Source of the DNA: an uncultured Chloroflexia bacterium
Lineage (GTDB): Bacteria > Chloroflexota > Limnocylindria > Limnocylindrales > CSP1-4
Direction of reading: 5' to 3'
DNA: 64,000 nucleotides
NCBI GenBank assembly: GCA_963700555.1
Contig: CAVOXZ010000019.1
Span: forward strand, 210,408 to 274,407
Shown here: piece by piece, positions 1 to 10,649 of the stretch
Numbering within the stretch: position 1 is the stretch's first letter
How the letters are laid out: each line of letters starts with the position of its first letter
Notes under the pieces: generated by a model
What the model saw: only the letters and a program-made list of their open reading frames with translations
What the model was told of the DNA's origin: nothing
Database searches by the model: none
Program-made: the position numbers and the translations under genes

Positions 1-475
1 GCCCTCGAGTACATGGACCTCACCCCGGGGCAGCCGATCGCCGGCCAGCCGGTGGACGTCGTCTTCATCGGCTCGCTGCACGAACAGCCGGATCAGCGAC
101 CTCCGCCTCGCGGCGAGCGTGCTCAAGGACCGCCACGCCGCCGACGGCGTGCGGGTGATGATCGTGCCCGGCTCGCAGCAGGTGAAGGCCCAGGCCGAAC
201 GCGAGGGGCTCCACGAGATCTTCCGCGCCGCCGGCGCCGAGTGGCGCGAGGCCGGCTGCTCGATGTGCATCGCGATGAACGGCGACCAGCTCTCGCCCGG
301 CCAGTACGCGGTCAGCACGTCCAACCGCAACTTCGAGGGCCGCCAGGGCAAGGGCGGCCGCACGTTCCTCGCCAGCCCGCTCACCGCTGCTGCCTCCGCG
401 ATCACCGGGGTCGTCACCGATCCGCGCACCCTGCCGGGGGTCGAGGACCTGGTCACCGTCGGCGGAGGGTACTGA
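1..475 (+). CDS. leuC: 3-isopropylmalate dehydratase large subunit, C-terminal part (5' end outside window); frame broken once as sequenced (frame 1 -> 2 near nt 85)
   Basis: Frame 1 from nt 1 reads [25 protein letters not shown]. Frame 2 continues [20 protein letters not shown]...[22 protein letters not shown]. The aconitase-family IGSCTN and NRNFEGRQG motifs are split by one extra base. leuD follows 4 nt after the stop. Confidence 0.9.
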   Translation, partial: PSSTWTSPRGSRSPASRWTSSSSARCTNSRISDLRLAASVLKDRHAADGVRVMIVPGSQQVKAQAEREGLHEIFRAAGAEWREAGCSMCIAMNGDQLSPGQYAVSTSNRNFEGRQGKGGRTFLASPLTAAASAITGVVTDPRTLPGVEDLVTVGGGY

Positions 476-478
476 GCC

Positions 479-1111
479 ATGGCCGAACCCATCCGCGCGT
501 TCAGCAGCCGGATCGTCCCGCTCCAGGCCGAGAACGTGGACACGGACCAGATCGTCCCCGCGCGCTATCTCAAGGTCACCGACAAGGAAGGCCTCGCCGA
601 CGCGCTGTTCCGCGATTACCGCTTCAACGAGGACGGGACGAAGAAGGATCCGCCCTGGGTCCTGGACCGGCCGGAGATGCAGGGCCGCCGGATCCTGCTC
701 GTGGGCGACAACTTCGGGACCGGCAGCTCCCGCGAGCACGCCCCGTGGGCGCTCCGCAGCTGGGGCATCGGGGCGATCCTGTCGACGAGCTTCGCCGACA
801 TCTTCCAGAACAACGCCCTGAAGAACGGCGTGCTGCCGATCGTCGTGGATCCCGCCACGCACCAGGCGCTGTTCGACATGATCGAGGCGGATCCGGACGC
901 CGAGATCCGGGTAGACCTCGCGGAGCAGGGGATCCTGCTGCCCGACGGTTCCACGCTCGACTTCGAGATCGACCCGTTCAACAAGATGATGCTCATGGCG
1001 GGCACCGACGAGATCGGCTACGTGATGGGCAAGGATGCCGAGATCAGCGCATGGGAGGCCGCCCACGAGCCTCGCGTCGACACGCGCCTCGGGACCGCGC
1101 TCGCCGGCTGA
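479..1111 (+). CDS. leuD: 3-isopropylmalate dehydratase small subunit
   Basis: Intact 210-aa ORF with VDTDQIVPARYL and GDNFGTGSSREHAPWAL motifs, directly downstream of leuC. Confidence 0.95.
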   Translation: MAEPIRAFSSRIVPLQAENVDTDQIVPARYLKVTDKEGLADALFRDYRFNEDGTKKDPPWVLDRPEMQGRRILLVGDNFGTGSSREHAPWALRSWGIGAILSTSFADIFQNNALKNGVLPIVVDPATHQALFDMIEADPDAEIRVDLAEQGILLPDGSTLDFEIDPFNKMMLMAGTDEIGYVMGKDAEISAWEAAHEPRVDTRLGTALAG

Positions 1112-1497
1112 CGACCGGGTGACGGCGGGCCGGCCGACGGTCGCCGGCCTGGATGCAGCCGACAGCTCCATTACCAGGGCCGGGTCCCCATGGGTGATCG
1201 ACGGCCGCCTGATCAGCGTGTCGCCGCCTGCCGCAAGTCGCTTCTGACTGGGACAGGCGACCACTGTGCGGAGCTCGTCGCGCGCCCGTGCATGGCCGTG
1301 GTGCGAGCCCCTCGTGGTGGTCGAGCGGTTGAGTCGCTGGAGACTTGTCGCTGCCCGGTCGCACCGTGGGGCGGTCGTGGCCAGGTTCATGGTTCGAGGC
1401 ACGACCCTGCCTTGCCCCAGGAGGGACAACGACAGGCGCAGGATAGGCCCTGGAGGGAGTCCGGGCGGGATCGGCGAACCTCGCCGATACTCGCCAC

Positions 1498-2679
1498 GTG
1501 GATCTCAACCTGCTCGACCTCATCGCCGTCCTGGTGCTGGTCCTCGCCGTCCTGGCCGGCACGCGAACGGGCGCGCTGCCCCAGGTCGGCGGCATCGGCG
1601 GCGCCGTGGCCGGCCTCGTGGCGATCCTCAACCTCACCCCCTGGCTGATCGACCTCACCACCGGCTTCGAGCCGATCCCCCGGGCACTCGCGGTGCTGGG
1701 CGCGATCCTGCTGGCGGTGATCGCCGGTGAGGCCCTCGGCTCCGCGATCGGTCGGGCCGTGGCGGATCGCCTGGGCGAGGGCGTCCTCTCCGGCATGGAC
1801 CGGCTCGCCGGCGGCGTGGTGGGAGCCGCCCAGGCGGTGCTGATCATCTGGCTGGCCGGGGGGCTGATGATCCTGAGCCCGTTCCCGCGCCTCGCGCAGA
1901 CGGCCTCGGCCTCGGTGGCGGTCCGCACCCTGGACCTGGTGCTCCCGGCACCCACCGAGGTCATCGGCGACATCGCGAAGGCGCTCGACGACTCCGGCCT
2001 GCCGGACGTCTTCGTGGGCCTCGAGCCGATCCCGCTCCAGGCGGTGGACACGCCAAGCGATCCCCGGGCCCAACGGATCGCCGGCACGGCCGTGGACGCG
2101 ACGGCCCGCGTCGTGACCCGTGCGTGCGAGCGGCAGGTCACCGGGACCGCGTTCCTGGTGGCGCCCGGGTACCTCCTCACCAACGCCCACGTGGTCGCCG
2201 GCGGCAGCACGATCCGCGTCTCCACCGGCGACGGCGTCGCCGACGCAACCGTCGTCATGTTCGACCCCGACCTCGACCTGGCGCTCCTGCTCGCTCCGCA
2301 GATCGACGGGCCGGTCCTCCGCCTGGCGACGGAGACGCCGGACCGCGGCACCCAGGGCGCAGCCCTCGGCTATGCGGGCGGCGGCCCGCTCACGGTGATC
2401 GCCGCCGGCGTGTCCGGTGCCTACGCGGCCACGGGTCGCGACATCTATGGCTCGGAGCGCGTGACCCGCGACATCATCGAGCTGCGTGCGGCCATCGAGC
2501 CGGGAGACTCGGGCGGACCGCTCGTGCTCCCGGACGGGACAGTGGGCGGGGTCGTGTTCGCCGAGTCGAGGACGGACGAGACGGTGGGCTATGCGCTTGC
2601 TCCCGCCCCGGTCTGGAAGCTGGTCGAGCCGGCCATCGGTCGTTCGGCAGGCGTCAAGCTGGGGCCGTGCCTCCGCTGA
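1498..2679 (+). CDS. membrane-anchored trypsin-like serine protease (CvpA-type multi-TM N-domain fused to an S1 protease; MarP/Rv3671c-like architecture)
   Basis: 393-aa ORF with a GTG start. The N-terminal ~130 aa are hydrophobic helices. The C-domain carries His (LLTNAHVV), Asp (DLDLALL) and Ser (GDSGGPLV) in S1 order. Confidence 0.85.
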   Translation: MDLNLLDLIAVLVLVLAVLAGTRTGALPQVGGIGGAVAGLVAILNLTPWLIDLTTGFEPIPRALAVLGAILLAVIAGEALGSAIGRAVADRLGEGVLSGMDRLAGGVVGAAQAVLIIWLAGGLMILSPFPRLAQTASASVAVRTLDLVLPAPTEVIGDIAKALDDSGLPDVFVGLEPIPLQAVDTPSDPRAQRIAGTAVDATARVVTRACERQVTGTAFLVAPGYLLTNAHVVAGGSTIRVSTGDGVADATVVMFDPDLDLALLLAPQIDGPVLRLATETPDRGTQGAALGYAGGGPLTVIAAGVSGAYAATGRDIYGSERVTRDIIELRAAIEPGDSGGPLVLPDGTVGGVVFAESRTDETVGYALAPAPVWKLVEPAIGRSAGVKLGPCLR

Positions 2680-2720
2680 CGGGGCGCCGACCGGTCCGTG
2701 GCCGACTACGATGGAACGTG

Positions 2721-4393
2721 ATGACGAACGGCGTTTCCGCCGCCGCCCTCGACTCGCTGGCGGCCGACTTCTGGCAGGCCTACCTCGAGATGGATCCGCA
2801 GTACGCGACCATGCTCGGAGAGCCCGGGTTCGACGGCCGGCTTCCGGATCGCTCGGCCGGAGGCCTGGCGGCGGCGCGAGCCACCTACGCCCGGCTCCTC
2901 GCCAGGCTCGACGCCCTCCCGGCGGCCGGTGGCGGAGCGGCCGCGACCGGTGCGGCGATCACGCGATCCGCGCTCCGGGACGCGATCGAGGAGCAGCTCA
3001 CGCTGATCGACAGCGGGGTCGCTGGCCTGGAACGTGGACGCGCTCGACGGCATCCCGGTCCAGCTCCTCAACACCGCCGACTACCAGCCGACGAGCACGC
3101 CGGACGACCGCGCCGCCCTTCTCGAGCGGTGGCGGGCGATGGGCCGGTTCGTGGACGACCACATCGCAGAACCTGCGGCACAGCCTCGCCGATGGCGTCG
3201 TCGCGTGCAGCGCGCCCGTGGACCGGGTGATCGACATCCTGGCGGAGCAGCTGGCCAGACCGGACGCGGAGCTGCCGCTCATGGTCCCGGTGGCCGGCGT
3301 CGAGGAGGCGATCCGCGACGAGATCCGCCCGGCGTTCGCCCGCCTGCACGACGTGCTCGTGAACGAGATCCGGCCCGCCGCCCGTCCGGACGATCGCCCG
3401 GGCCTGTGCCATCTACCCAACGGCGACTCGGCGTACCGGCGGCTGGTGCAGATGCACACTTCGCTCGAGGTCGCGCCCGAGGAGTTCCACCGCATCGGCC
3501 TGGCTGAGATCGAGCGCATCGACGCCGAGATCGAGGCCCTGACCGGGCGGGTCCTCGGCAGCAGGGACCGACGGGCGGCTGCGGCCGCCCTGCGCAACGA
3601 CCCGGCGCTGCACTTCACGACCCGGGAAGAGGTCTTTGCCAAGGCCGCCGCCTCCCTCGATCGGGCCACGGAGGCGATCCCGGGCTGGTTCGGGCGGCTC
3701 CCGCAGGCGCGGTGCGAGGTCGTGCGCATGGGGGCGCACGAGGAGGAGCACTCGACGATCGCCTACTACCGGATGCCGGCGCAGGACGGCTCGAGGCCCG
3801 GCCAGTACTACATCAACACGTCCCACCCTGAGACCCGGCCCCGGTACGAGGCCGAGGCGCTCGCCTATCACGAGTCCATCCCGGGCCACCACCTCCAGCT
3901 CGCGATCGCCCAGGAGCTCGAGGGCCTGCCGGCGTTCCGTCGCCACCTGGCACCCAACGCGTTCGCCGAGGGCTGGGGCCTGTACGTCGAGCGGCTGGCC
4001 GACGAGATGGGGCTCTACTCCAGCGACGTCGATCGCATCGGGGTCCTCTCGTTCGACGCCTGGCGGGCGTCGCGGCTGGTGGTGGACACCGGGATGCATG
4101 CGCTGGGCTGGACCCGGAGCCAGGCGATCGAGTACATGGTCGACCACACCGCGCTTGCCGAGAACAACATCGTCAACGAGGTCGATCGCTACATCGTCCT
4201 GCCGGGCCAGGCCCTCTCCTACAAGGCCGGCCAGCTGGAGCTCCTCCGCCTCCGCGCCGAGGCCAGGAACCGGCTTGGTTCCGCGTTCGACATCCGGGCG
4301 TTCCACGACACGGTGCTGGGCAACGGCGCCGTCCCGCTGCCGACCCTGCGCGCGATCGTCGAGGCGTGGGTGGCGCTGCCCGCCGTACCCTAG
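2721..4393 (+). CDS. DUF885-family protein; frame broken twice as sequenced (near nt 3030 and 3165)
   Basis: Three consecutive frames (0->1->2) join into one protein: [30 protein letters not shown]... / [21 protein letters not shown]... / [11 protein letters not shown]...[17 protein letters not shown]...[14 protein letters not shown]. The YHExIPGHHxQ block is typical of DUF885 (COG4805). The length becomes divisible by 3 after removing 2 nt. Confidence 0.8.
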
Positions 4394-4438
4394 TCGGGCG
4401 CAGATTCCAGACCCGCCGCCACGCCCTCCGAGGATCCC

Positions 4439-6193
4439 ATGGCCGACCGTCCGCTCCCCTACTCGCGCCCCACCGACCCCGGCAAGCGCCACAGCCACGC
4501 CCTCACCGACGGCCCCGACCGGGCGGCGGCGCGCGCCATGCTCAAGGCCGTCGGCTTCACCGACGACGACCTGGCCCAGCCGATCATCGGCGTCGCCACG
4601 ACCTGGATCGAGACGATGCCCTGCAACCTCAACCAGCGGCGGCTGGCCGAGTTCGTCAAGGAGGGGATCCGGACCGCCGGCGGCACGCCCATGGAGTTCG
4701 GGACCATCTCCATCAGCGACGGCGTGTCGATGGGCACCGAGGGCATGAAGGCCAGCCTCATCTCCCGCGAGGTCATCGCCGATTCGATCGAGCTCGTCGC
4801 GCGCGGCCACCTGTTCGACGGCCTCGTGGTCCTCGTCGGCTGCGACAAGACGATCCCCGCCGGCGCCATGGCGCTGGGCCGCCTCGATATCCCGGGCCTC
4901 GTCCTCTACAACGGCACGATCATGCCGGGCACCTACAAGGGCAAGCCCGCCGACGTGGTGACCGTGTTCGAGGCGATCGGCGCGTATCGGGCGGGCAAGA
5001 TCACGCTCGACGAGCTGTACGAGGCGGAGAACGGTGCCTGCCCGGGCGCCGGCGCCTGCGGCGGCCAGTTCACGGCCAACACGATGTCCACCGTCATGGA
5101 GTTCCTGGGCCTGTCCCCGGCGGGCCTGAACGGGATCCCGGCCGAGGCTCCCGAGAAGGATGCGGCGGCGCGGCGGGCCGGGCGAGCTGGTCATGACGCT
5201 CGTCCACCACGACATCCGGCCGTCGTCCATCGTGACCCGCGAATCGCTCGAGAACGCGATCGCCTCCGTCTCGGCAACGGGCGGCAGCACCAACGCCGCC
5301 CTCCACCTGCCCGCGATCGCCGCCGACTTCGGCATCCCGCTCACGCTCGACGACTTCGCGGCAGTGGTCGACCGGACACCGCTCATCGCGGACATGCGAC
5401 CGGGCGGCCGGTACGCGGCGGCGGACATGTACGACGCGGGAGGCGTCGCGCTGGTCATGCGCGAGCTGCTCAAGCGGGACCTGCTCCACGGCGGGCAGCG
5501 GACGGTCGACGGGCGCACGATCGCGAAGATCGCCGCCGACGTCGTCGAGACGCCCGGCCAGCAGGTGGTCCACTCCGATCGAGACGCCGATCAAGGAGAG
5601 CGGCGGCCACGCGATCCTGCGGGGCAGCCTCGCGCCCGAGGGCTCGATCGTGAAGCTCGCCGGCCACGAGCGACGCCATCACCGCGGCCCGGCTCGCGTG
5701 TTCGACTCCGAGGTCGCGTGCTTCGCCGCCGTCCGAGAACGCAGGATCAAGGAGGGCGACGTGGTCGTCATCCGCTACGAGGGACCGGTCGGGGGACCCG
5801 GCATGCAGGAGATGCTCTCGGTGACCGGGGCGCTCGTCGGCGAGGGGCTGGGCGAGCACGTCGCGCTGCTCACCGACGGGCGGTTCTCCGGCGGCACGCA
5901 TGGACTGATGCTGGGGCATGTCGCGCCGGAGGCCGCCGTGGGCGGTCCGATCGCCCTGGTCGAGGAGGGCGACATGATCACGGTGGACGTGGAGGCCCGA
6001 CGAGCTCAACCTCGAGGTCGATGCGGCGGTGCTGGCCGAGCGGCGCGCGCGCTGGAGCCCGCCGCCGCCGCGGTACACCTCCGGCGCCTTCGCCAAGTAC
6101 GCCGCGCTGGTCTCATCCGCATCCGAGGGTGCGGTGACGTCCGGTGCCGAGCTCCGGCGCGCGCTGGCGGCCCGATCCGGCGACGACCGCTAG
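4439..6193 (+). CDS. ilvD: dihydroxy-acid dehydratase; frame broken three times as sequenced (near nt 5165, 5572, 5997)
   Basis: Four frame segments (2->0->1->2) join into a full-length IlvD. Segment ends read [23 protein letters not shown] / [42 protein letters not shown] / [30 protein letters not shown]...[13 protein letters not shown] / [18 protein letters not shown]. The length is 1755 nt, which is 3n+3 extra bases. Confidence 0.9.
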
Positions 6194-6216
6194 CGCCCCG
6201 GAAGCGCCGCCGACCG

Positions 6217-7098
6217 ATGCACCTCTCGTTCAAGACGTCGCCCCAGCGGGTGGACTGGGCGACCCTCAACGCCACGTGGCGCCTCGCCGGGGACCTCGGC
6301 GGCTGGGACGGCGCGTGGATGAACGACCACCTCACGGATCTGAACCCCGACTCGCCCGGGCCGTCGCTCGAGGCGGTCACCGTGCTCGCGACGCTCGTCC
6401 ACCACGTGCCGGGCCTGCGCGTGGGACACGGCGTGCTCTCGAACACGTTTCGGCACCCGGTGCTGCTGGCCAAGGCGGCCACCGTCCTCGACCACGCGAC
6501 CGGCGGCCGATTCGTGCTGGGTCTCGGTGCCGGCTGGTTCGAGGGGGAGCACGAGCCGTTCGGCATCCCGCTGCCCCCGATCGGCGAACGGATCGACCGG
6601 CTGACCAGCGCGGTCGGCGTCCTGCAGGCGCTGTTCTCGCCCGAGGCGGCCGCCGCGCCGGGCGTCACGCGGCCCGACCGCGTTCTACCCGCTCGCCGGG
6701 GCGGTCAACGCACCTCCGCCGCTCACGCCCGGCGGGCCGCCGATCTACCTCGGTGGCCAGAAGCCGCGCGGGATCCGGCTGGCGGCGGAGCGCGCAGCCG
6801 GCTGGCTGCTCACGGGCACGGAAGCGGGCGATATCCCGTACTTCACGGGGCGTCGCGAGGCCATCCTGCGGGCGCTCGACGAGGCGGGCCGCGATCCGGC
6901 CACGTTCGCAGATCGTCGGCCAGGTCCACACCGGTCCCGACGCGGCCGACCGCGTGCGCGCCCGGCGCCAGGCCGTCGAGATGGCGGCCGCCGGGGCGAC
7001 CGAGATGATCATCGGGATCCCGGCGGCGCTTGGGCCGCAGGGTCTCGAGGACGCGCACCGGGACGTGCTCGGCCCGCTGCGCGCGGAGCTCGGGATAG
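6217..7098 (+). CDS. LLM-class (luciferase-like, probably F420-dependent) oxidoreductase; frame broken near nt 6675 and 6908, with a third inferred insertion at 7092-7094 masking the TAG at 7096-7098
   Basis: The first segment reads [21 protein letters not shown]...[22 protein letters not shown], the typical LLM block. It continues in the next frame ([41 protein letters not shown]) and the frame after that ([15 protein letters not shown]...EMIIGIP). The end point is an inference. Confidence 0.7.
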
Positions 7099-7103
7099 GC
7101 GGC

Positions 7104-8069
7104 ATGGGCGAGCCCGCAGCCGCCTCGGTGCGGCGCATCGATCCTGGGGACGAGGCCTCCCTCGCCGCCTACGTCCGGATCCGGAATGCCGTCGCGCCCG
7201 AGAACACCGATTCGCTCGATCACGTCCGCTGGGAGATCTCGACCTTTCCCGGCGAGACCAGCCATTTCCTGGCCGAGGCGGCCGATGGCGCGCCCGTCGG
7301 GACCGCCAGCACCGGCCGGATCTGGATGCACGAGCGCGACTACCCCCGGTTCTGGCTGGGGATCTGGGTGCTGCCCGAGGCGCGCAACCGCGGCATCGGG
7401 TCGGCGCTGTATGCCGCGATCAGCGACGCCGCCCGGGCCGCCGGCAAGACCGGCTTCGATACCGAGGTCTCCGTCGTCCACGAGACCGGGCAGCGGTTCC
7501 TCGCCAACCGCGGCTTTGTCGAGACCGACCGGGCGAAGATGGTCCGGCTCGACCTCGCCGGCCTCACGGCGCCCGAGGTTCGAGCACCCGACGGGATCCG
7601 GCTCACGACCCTGGCGGCGCGCCCGGATCTCGTCGCCGGGGTCCACGCGACGGCCCTCGAGGCGTTCCCCGACATCCCGTCCGAGGACGAGCCGGTCGAT
7701 GTCGGCACGCTGCACGAGTTCACCGCGCGCGACGTGGATCGCGTCGGGATCCCGCGCGAGGCGTTCTTCGTTGCCCTCGACGACGCGTCCGGCGAGGTCG
7801 TCGGATACGCGAGCCTGAGCTACGCAGCCGGCAGCACGACCATCGCCTACCACGACATGACCGCGGTCCGGCGCTCGTACCGGGGTCGCGGGATCGCGGC
7901 CGCCCTCAAGCGGGCCACGATCGCCTGGGCCGTGGAGCACGACCTCGAGGCGCTCGACACCGGCAACGACGAGCACAACGCCCCGATGCGGGCGGTGAAC
8001 CTGGCCCTCGGCTACCAGCCGCTGCCGGACTGGGTCGGCCTCCGCGGACCGCTCGCGCCGGAGCGCTGA
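7104..8069 (+). CDS. tandem-GNAT N-acetyltransferase (two acetyltransferase domains; MshD/Eis-like architecture)
   Basis: Two GNAT cores are present: WVLPEARNRGIGSALYAA...ANRGF and TAVRRSYRGRGIAAALKRA...ALGY. ATG at 7104 is the first plausible start. The frame is open upstream into the LLM gene as sequenced. Confidence 0.75.
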   Translation: MGEPAAASVRRIDPGDEASLAAYVRIRNAVAPENTDSLDHVRWEISTFPGETSHFLAEAADGAPVGTASTGRIWMHERDYPRFWLGIWVLPEARNRGIGSALYAAISDAARAAGKTGFDTEVSVVHETGQRFLANRGFVETDRAKMVRLDLAGLTAPEVRAPDGIRLTTLAARPDLVAGVHATALEAFPDIPSEDEPVDVGTLHEFTARDVDRVGIPREAFFVALDDASGEVVGYASLSYAAGSTTIAYHDMTAVRRSYRGRGIAAALKRATIAWAVEHDLEALDTGNDEHNAPMRAVNLALGYQPLPDWVGLRGPLAPER

Positions 8070-8299
8070 CCTGGGAGTCGGAGCGCCTTGCACCGGATGC
8101 CTGACGGCGAGTCAAGGTTTCCGGGCTGAACCCGCCCCCAGGACCCGCCTCGGCACCGGTTCTTGACCCTGCGTCACGTTCGCGGCCCCAGCGCGCCCAT
8201 CCGACAGCTCTGCCGCCCGAAATCGTGACTGCGCGTCAGGTACGCACAGTGACGAGACTGCCAACTCGACGCCCCCGGCAACACCGGCATACTTCGCCC

Positions 8300-9314
8300 G
8301 TGGCGACCATCGACCTCAACGGGATCCGGCTCCGGAACCGGCTGCTGACCAGCGCCAGCCTGCTGGGCTACGGCGCCGGCAAGAACCGGCTCATCCTGTA
8401 CGGCCTGTCGCCGATCGCGCAGTGGGTGCCGCTGGAGCGCTTCGGCGCCGTGACCACCCGGACCGTGACCCTGGAGCCGCGCGAAGGCCACTTCACCCTC
8501 CGGGAGGACTGGTCCCTGCGCGACTTCCCGGAGATGCTGCGGCTGTACGGGCGCGCGCTGCACCGCGTGGATGGCGGCTGGCTCAACGCGTTCGGCTGGT
8601 CGAACATCGGCATCGAGCGCTACTTCGACGAGTACTTCCCGCGGACGGCGAAGCTCAACCGGATCGTGAGCGTGGGCGGCTTTTCCGCCGACGAGATCGA
8701 GCAGCTGATCGAGACCTGCAACGAGCGCGCGAAGCCGGGCGAGATCGCGGCCGTCGAGCTCAACGCGAGCTGCCACAACGTCAACTTCCCGTTCGGCACG
8801 ATCCTCGAGGAGGCGCTCCGGCGAGCGGTGCCGAAGAGCCGCCACCCGGTCATCCTCAAGGTCAGCCCGGACGAGGACTACCACTGGCAGGCGAACCTGG
8901 CGGCGACCCATGGCTGTGCCGCGATCACGGCGATCAACACGGTGAAGGGCCTGCGGCTCAACCCGGCGACCGGGCGAGCCCTACCTCAAGAACCGCTACG
9001 GGGCGATCAGCGGACGCGCGATCAAGCCGATCGGCCTGCGGGTCGTGGCAGAGCTGCGCGACGCCGGCTTCCGGCTGCCGATCATCGCCAACGGCGGGAT
9101 CGCGGACTACGACGACTGCCGCGAGTACTTCTGGGCCGGCGCCGACGCCGTGTCGCTGGGCTCCGCGGTGTGGCTCAAGCCGATGCCGTTGTACGTGCTG
9201 GGGCCGATGGAGGGCATCCGGATCCGGCGGCTGATCGACCGCGTGGCGCGGTACACGCCCCCGGCCGCGGCACCGCACTGGCAACCCGCCCCCGACCCGG
9301 TTCCGGCAGCATGA
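8300..9314 (+). CDS. dihydroorotate dehydrogenase-family (class 1 / PreA-like) flavoprotein; frame broken once near nt 8975
   Basis: GTG start gives VATIDLNGIRLRNRLLTSASLLGYG...VELNASCHNV...ILKVSPD...AITAINT. It continues in the next frame as GRAIKPIGLRVVAELRDAGFRLPIIANGGIADYDDCREYFWAGADAVSLGSAVW, the DHOD TIM-barrel FMN motifs. Confidence 0.75.
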
Positions 9315-10315
9315 CTCGACCCCGGGTCGCGATCGTCACCACCGGCGGGACCATGGATTCCGTCGGGGTCGATCGCCTCGACCTCGCCGCCTACCTGGAA
9401 ACCGGGGTTCGCCTGGAGCCCGGTGAGCTCGTGAGCTCCATGTCGGCGGAGCTCGCCACCGTGGCCGACGTCCACGAGGATCCGTTCCGGCGGGTCCGCG
9501 CCCACGCGCTGACGGACACCGATCTCGCCGACATGGTGGACGTGGTGCGCGGGTCACTCGAGCGCGACGAGGCCGACGGCATCGTGATCACCCACGGCAC
9601 CAACACGCTCGAGGAGACCGCCTGGCTCCTCCACCTCGTCGTCAACGACGATGCGCCCGTGGTGCTGACCGGGGCCATGCGACCCGCCTCCGCGCTGTCG
9701 GGGGACGGGCCGCTCAACCTCGTGAATGCCGTGCGGGTGGCGGCGGCTCCGGCCGCCCGCGGTCTCGGGGCGCTCGTCGTGCTCGACGACACGATCCACG
9801 GCGCGCGCGACGCGACCAAGTCCGACACGATGCGGGTCTCGGCGTTCCGGGACGGCGCCTCGGGTCCGCTGGGCTGGGTCGATGGCGACGGGGTCGTGGT
9901 GATCAACCATGCGCCCATACGCGGCTCATCGCTCCGTGGCCGCTTCGCCGGCGTGGACCTGCGGACGCTCCCGCGCGTGGATGTCGTCGTGAGCTACCAG
10001 GGTTCCGACGGCGTGGCCATCGACGCGCTCGTCGAGGCCGGCGCCCGCGGGATCGTGAGCGCCGGCACCGGCGTCGGCTACCCCACGCCCGAGGAGGTCG
10101 AGGCACTGGAGCGAGCGGCGGCCGCCGGCGTCGCCGTCGTCCAGTCGTCCAGGGTCGGGGCCGGTCGCGTGCCGCCGGTTCCGGCGCTCGTGGCCCGCGG
10201 CTGGATTGCCGCCGACGACCTCGCGCCGTGGAAGGCACGGATCCTCCTGCGCCTGTCGCTTGCGGACGGGATGGCGGCACGCGTGGACCTGCAGGCGCTG
10301 TTCGCGGCAGGCTGA
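9311..10315 (+). CDS. L-asparaginase/glutaminase family protein
   Basis: VAIVTTGGTMDS (catalytic Thr motif), ITHGTNTLEETAWLL and VLTGAMRPAS are present. The ATG overlaps the upstream stop (ATGA). Confidence 0.85.
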   Translation: MTRPRVAIVTTGGTMDSVGVDRLDLAAYLETGVRLEPGELVSSMSAELATVADVHEDPFRRVRAHALTDTDLADMVDVVRGSLERDEADGIVITHGTNTLEETAWLLHLVVNDDAPVVLTGAMRPASALSGDGPLNLVNAVRVAAAPAARGLGALVVLDDTIHGARDATKSDTMRVSAFRDGASGPLGWVDGDGVVVINHAPIRGSSLRGRFAGVDLRTLPRVDVVVSYQGSDGVAIDALVEAGARGIVSAGTGVGYPTPEEVEALERAAAAGVAVVQSSRVGAGRVPPVPALVARGWIAADDLAPWKARILLRLSLADGMAARVDLQALFAAG

Positions 10316-10381
10316 TGCCAGGCGGCGTGCGGGACCGGTGACGTCCAACCCTCGCTTCGCAACCTGCGGCATGATTGACCC

Positions 10382-10630
10382 GTGACCGACAGCAATCCCG
10401 AACCGCTCCCGCCCGATCCGGCCAAGTACGACGAGGTCCGCAACGAGCACGCCCGGCGCCGCGGCCTCGACGCCCCCTACATCGCGGGTGGCGACGACCC
10501 CGAGCTCGACGAGGCGCTGGCCCGGGAGCGACCCTACATCCGGATCCTGCTGATCATGGTGGCCCTGATCGTCTTCCTCGCCTTCTTCCTCGGCTTCCTC
10601 GGCGCCATCCTGGCCAACCCGCGGACATGA
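10382..10630 (+). CDS. small hypothetical tail-anchored membrane protein
   Basis: 82-aa ORF with a GTG start, an acidic N-half and one C-terminal TM helix (ILLIMVALIVFLAFFLGFLGAIL). No family was recognised. Confidence 0.45.
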   Translation: MTDSNPEPLPPDPAKYDEVRNEHARRRGLDAPYIAGGDDPELDEALARERPYIRILLIMVALIVFLAFFLGFLGAILANPRT

Positions 10631-10649
10631 CCCGTCGCCCGGCCTGCTG

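Noticed and set aside
1112-1497. A possible tRNA or ncRNA in the 385-bp leuD/protease spacer (a GGTTCGA T-loop-like string near 1395 and hairpins at ~1127-1150 and ~1375-1410).
   Set aside because: The sequence flanking GGTTCGA does not form a T-arm and no cloverleaf can be drawn. The hairpins are plausible (GGCCGGC...GCCGGCC after leuD) but lack U-tracts. There is not enough evidence to call an RNA gene. The region remains unexplained.
3413-5518. Very long ORFs antisense or out of frame to recognisable genes: this 701-aa one, plus 65-1429(-), 1044-2351(-), 18101-19618(-), 38441-40381(+), 46971-49217(+), 50039-51628(-), 59480-60997(-) and 62096-63928(-).
   Set aside because: Their translations are Arg/Gly/Pro/Ala-rich low-complexity strings without any family motif. 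Each is shadowed by a gene with strong conserved motifs in another frame. Long stop-free antisense frames are expected in very GC-rich DNA.
8225-10315. A single 696-aa ORF suggesting a DHOD-asparaginase fusion protein.
   Set aside because: Its central ~110 aa are Arg/Pro junk. The DHOD-like protein actually continues in the next frame to a stop at 9314. The asparaginase has its own ATG at 9311 overlapping that stop. The fusion is produced by one frame break near 8975.
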